Positions 36,383 through 37,420 of a stretch of DNA of 37,420 bases are shown piece by piece. The stretch lies in NCBI GenBank assembly GCA_000934665.2, contig JYFJ02000936.1, forward strand, positions 62,001 to 99,420, written 5' to 3'. Every line of letters starts with the position of its first letter. The first letter of the stretch is position 1. The position numbers were made by a program, and so were the translations under genes. The DNA is from Catajapyx aquilonaris (Eukaryota). The notes under the pieces were generated by a model. That model searched no databases. It saw only the letters and a list, made by a program, of their open reading frames with translations, and was not told where the DNA came from.

Positions 36383-37420
36383 TAATCGTAGGAGTTACCT
36401 CAGGGGCAGTACACACACTGGTTGAATAATAAATAAAAAAGAGCCAGCGAATGGGCAGGTGGGCAGGTGGGAAGAAGCTATTAACCCCCCTGGGCAGCCG
36501 AGGTCAGTGAGGGGTCATCCTCCGTGGCGCTCCCGCGTGCGCTTGCTTTGCTTGCTGCATATAAGCCTGGGAATATGGCGCTTCTTTTCTGCCGGACAAG
36601 AGTTGCGCAGGTGCAAAAGGGCTGCTGGGGATGTCCACTGGACGACTGACGGACATGGGGGAAGCCTAATGATGACCCCTGGAGGAGGACAGCTGGATGG
36701 ATGAGGAGCCACGGGGGTAATTTTGGTGGGTTAGGGTCACAACCCGGCGGGGGAAAACAAAAGAGCCGGCCACGAGGCCTTATTCTTATGAGGAACCTAC
36801 AGGGTGAGTCGGAATGTCCAGAAATTTTGCCTCTACAAGAAATTACTGGTCATCCTGTGAAATCCTCTGCTGCCACTTTATTTCCTGCACATTTTTTTGA
36901 AAAAAAGGGAAGGGTTTGACAGCTTTTCAGAAACTCTTCCTTTTTTTAGCCATTGCAGATGTCATGACATAATATGATGGAAAAAGCGTCTGACGTAACA
37001 GCTATTGAAACGTCCGGAATCTGAGAAAGTAAAACTCACGGCATTTTTTCCCTCCATGTCTGTTCTCTTCACGCTTTGTTTGGCCCGGAGTAATATTTTC
37101 CAGGTAACCTTTTGCGTGCGTGTGTAGCAGTCGAGCCCATCGGTTTCTACACACCTCTGATACGGAAATAACGGCTTCCGCACACATTTGAATGCATTAG
37201 GAAGATGCATAGCAGCCGTTCATGCCCATCGAATTAGTATGTATCTGCTGACTTTACCGGATAAAAGAGGGGAGAGAAAAAAAGATGGAAGGGAGTTCAC
37301 AACACCTTGTTTTTCTGAAAGGAAACCCTTGAATTTACATGCATCCATTGGTGAATGGTTGTGAATAAAAAAGAGATCATATTAAAGTTACAAGGCGTAT
37401 GTAACACAAAATAAATTCAC

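Noticed and set aside
1..37420. CRISPR-like or other regularly spaced repeat-spacer arrays, telomeric arrays, operon-like gene clusters
   Set aside because: None seen: the repeats are dispersed transposon ends or simple microsatellites, and the sequence is not prokaryote-like.

Overview
This window reads as non-coding animal genomic DNA, most likely a long intron or gene desert of an invertebrate. An arthropod is plausible because CpG is not visibly depleted and the repeat types fit, but the organism cannot be fixed from sequence alone. No ORF in the six-frame track resembles a protein family I recognise. I found no tRNA, rRNA, snRNA, conserved miRNA, CRISPR array or autonomous transposase/RT gene. 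What can be supported directly is a dense set of short non-autonomous DNA transposons. These comprise about seven Tc1/mariner-type MITEs with CAGGGTG-like termini, a Sola-like MITE (AATT TSD), a piggyBac-like foldback with an ATAT TSD, a hAT-like MITE, and five Helitron-like copies. They sit mostly in AT-rich spacers that alternate with GC-richer, TAAT-motif-rich unique blocks resembling cis-regulatory modules. Smaller curiosities include a templated inverted insertion, a pre-miRNA-like hairpin inside a Helitron-like element, an isolated 51-bp duplicated module, a 16-bp long-range inverted repeat and a few splice-signal or signal-peptide candidates. I did not find convincing evidence of a new biological system; all findings are modest-interest hypotheses.
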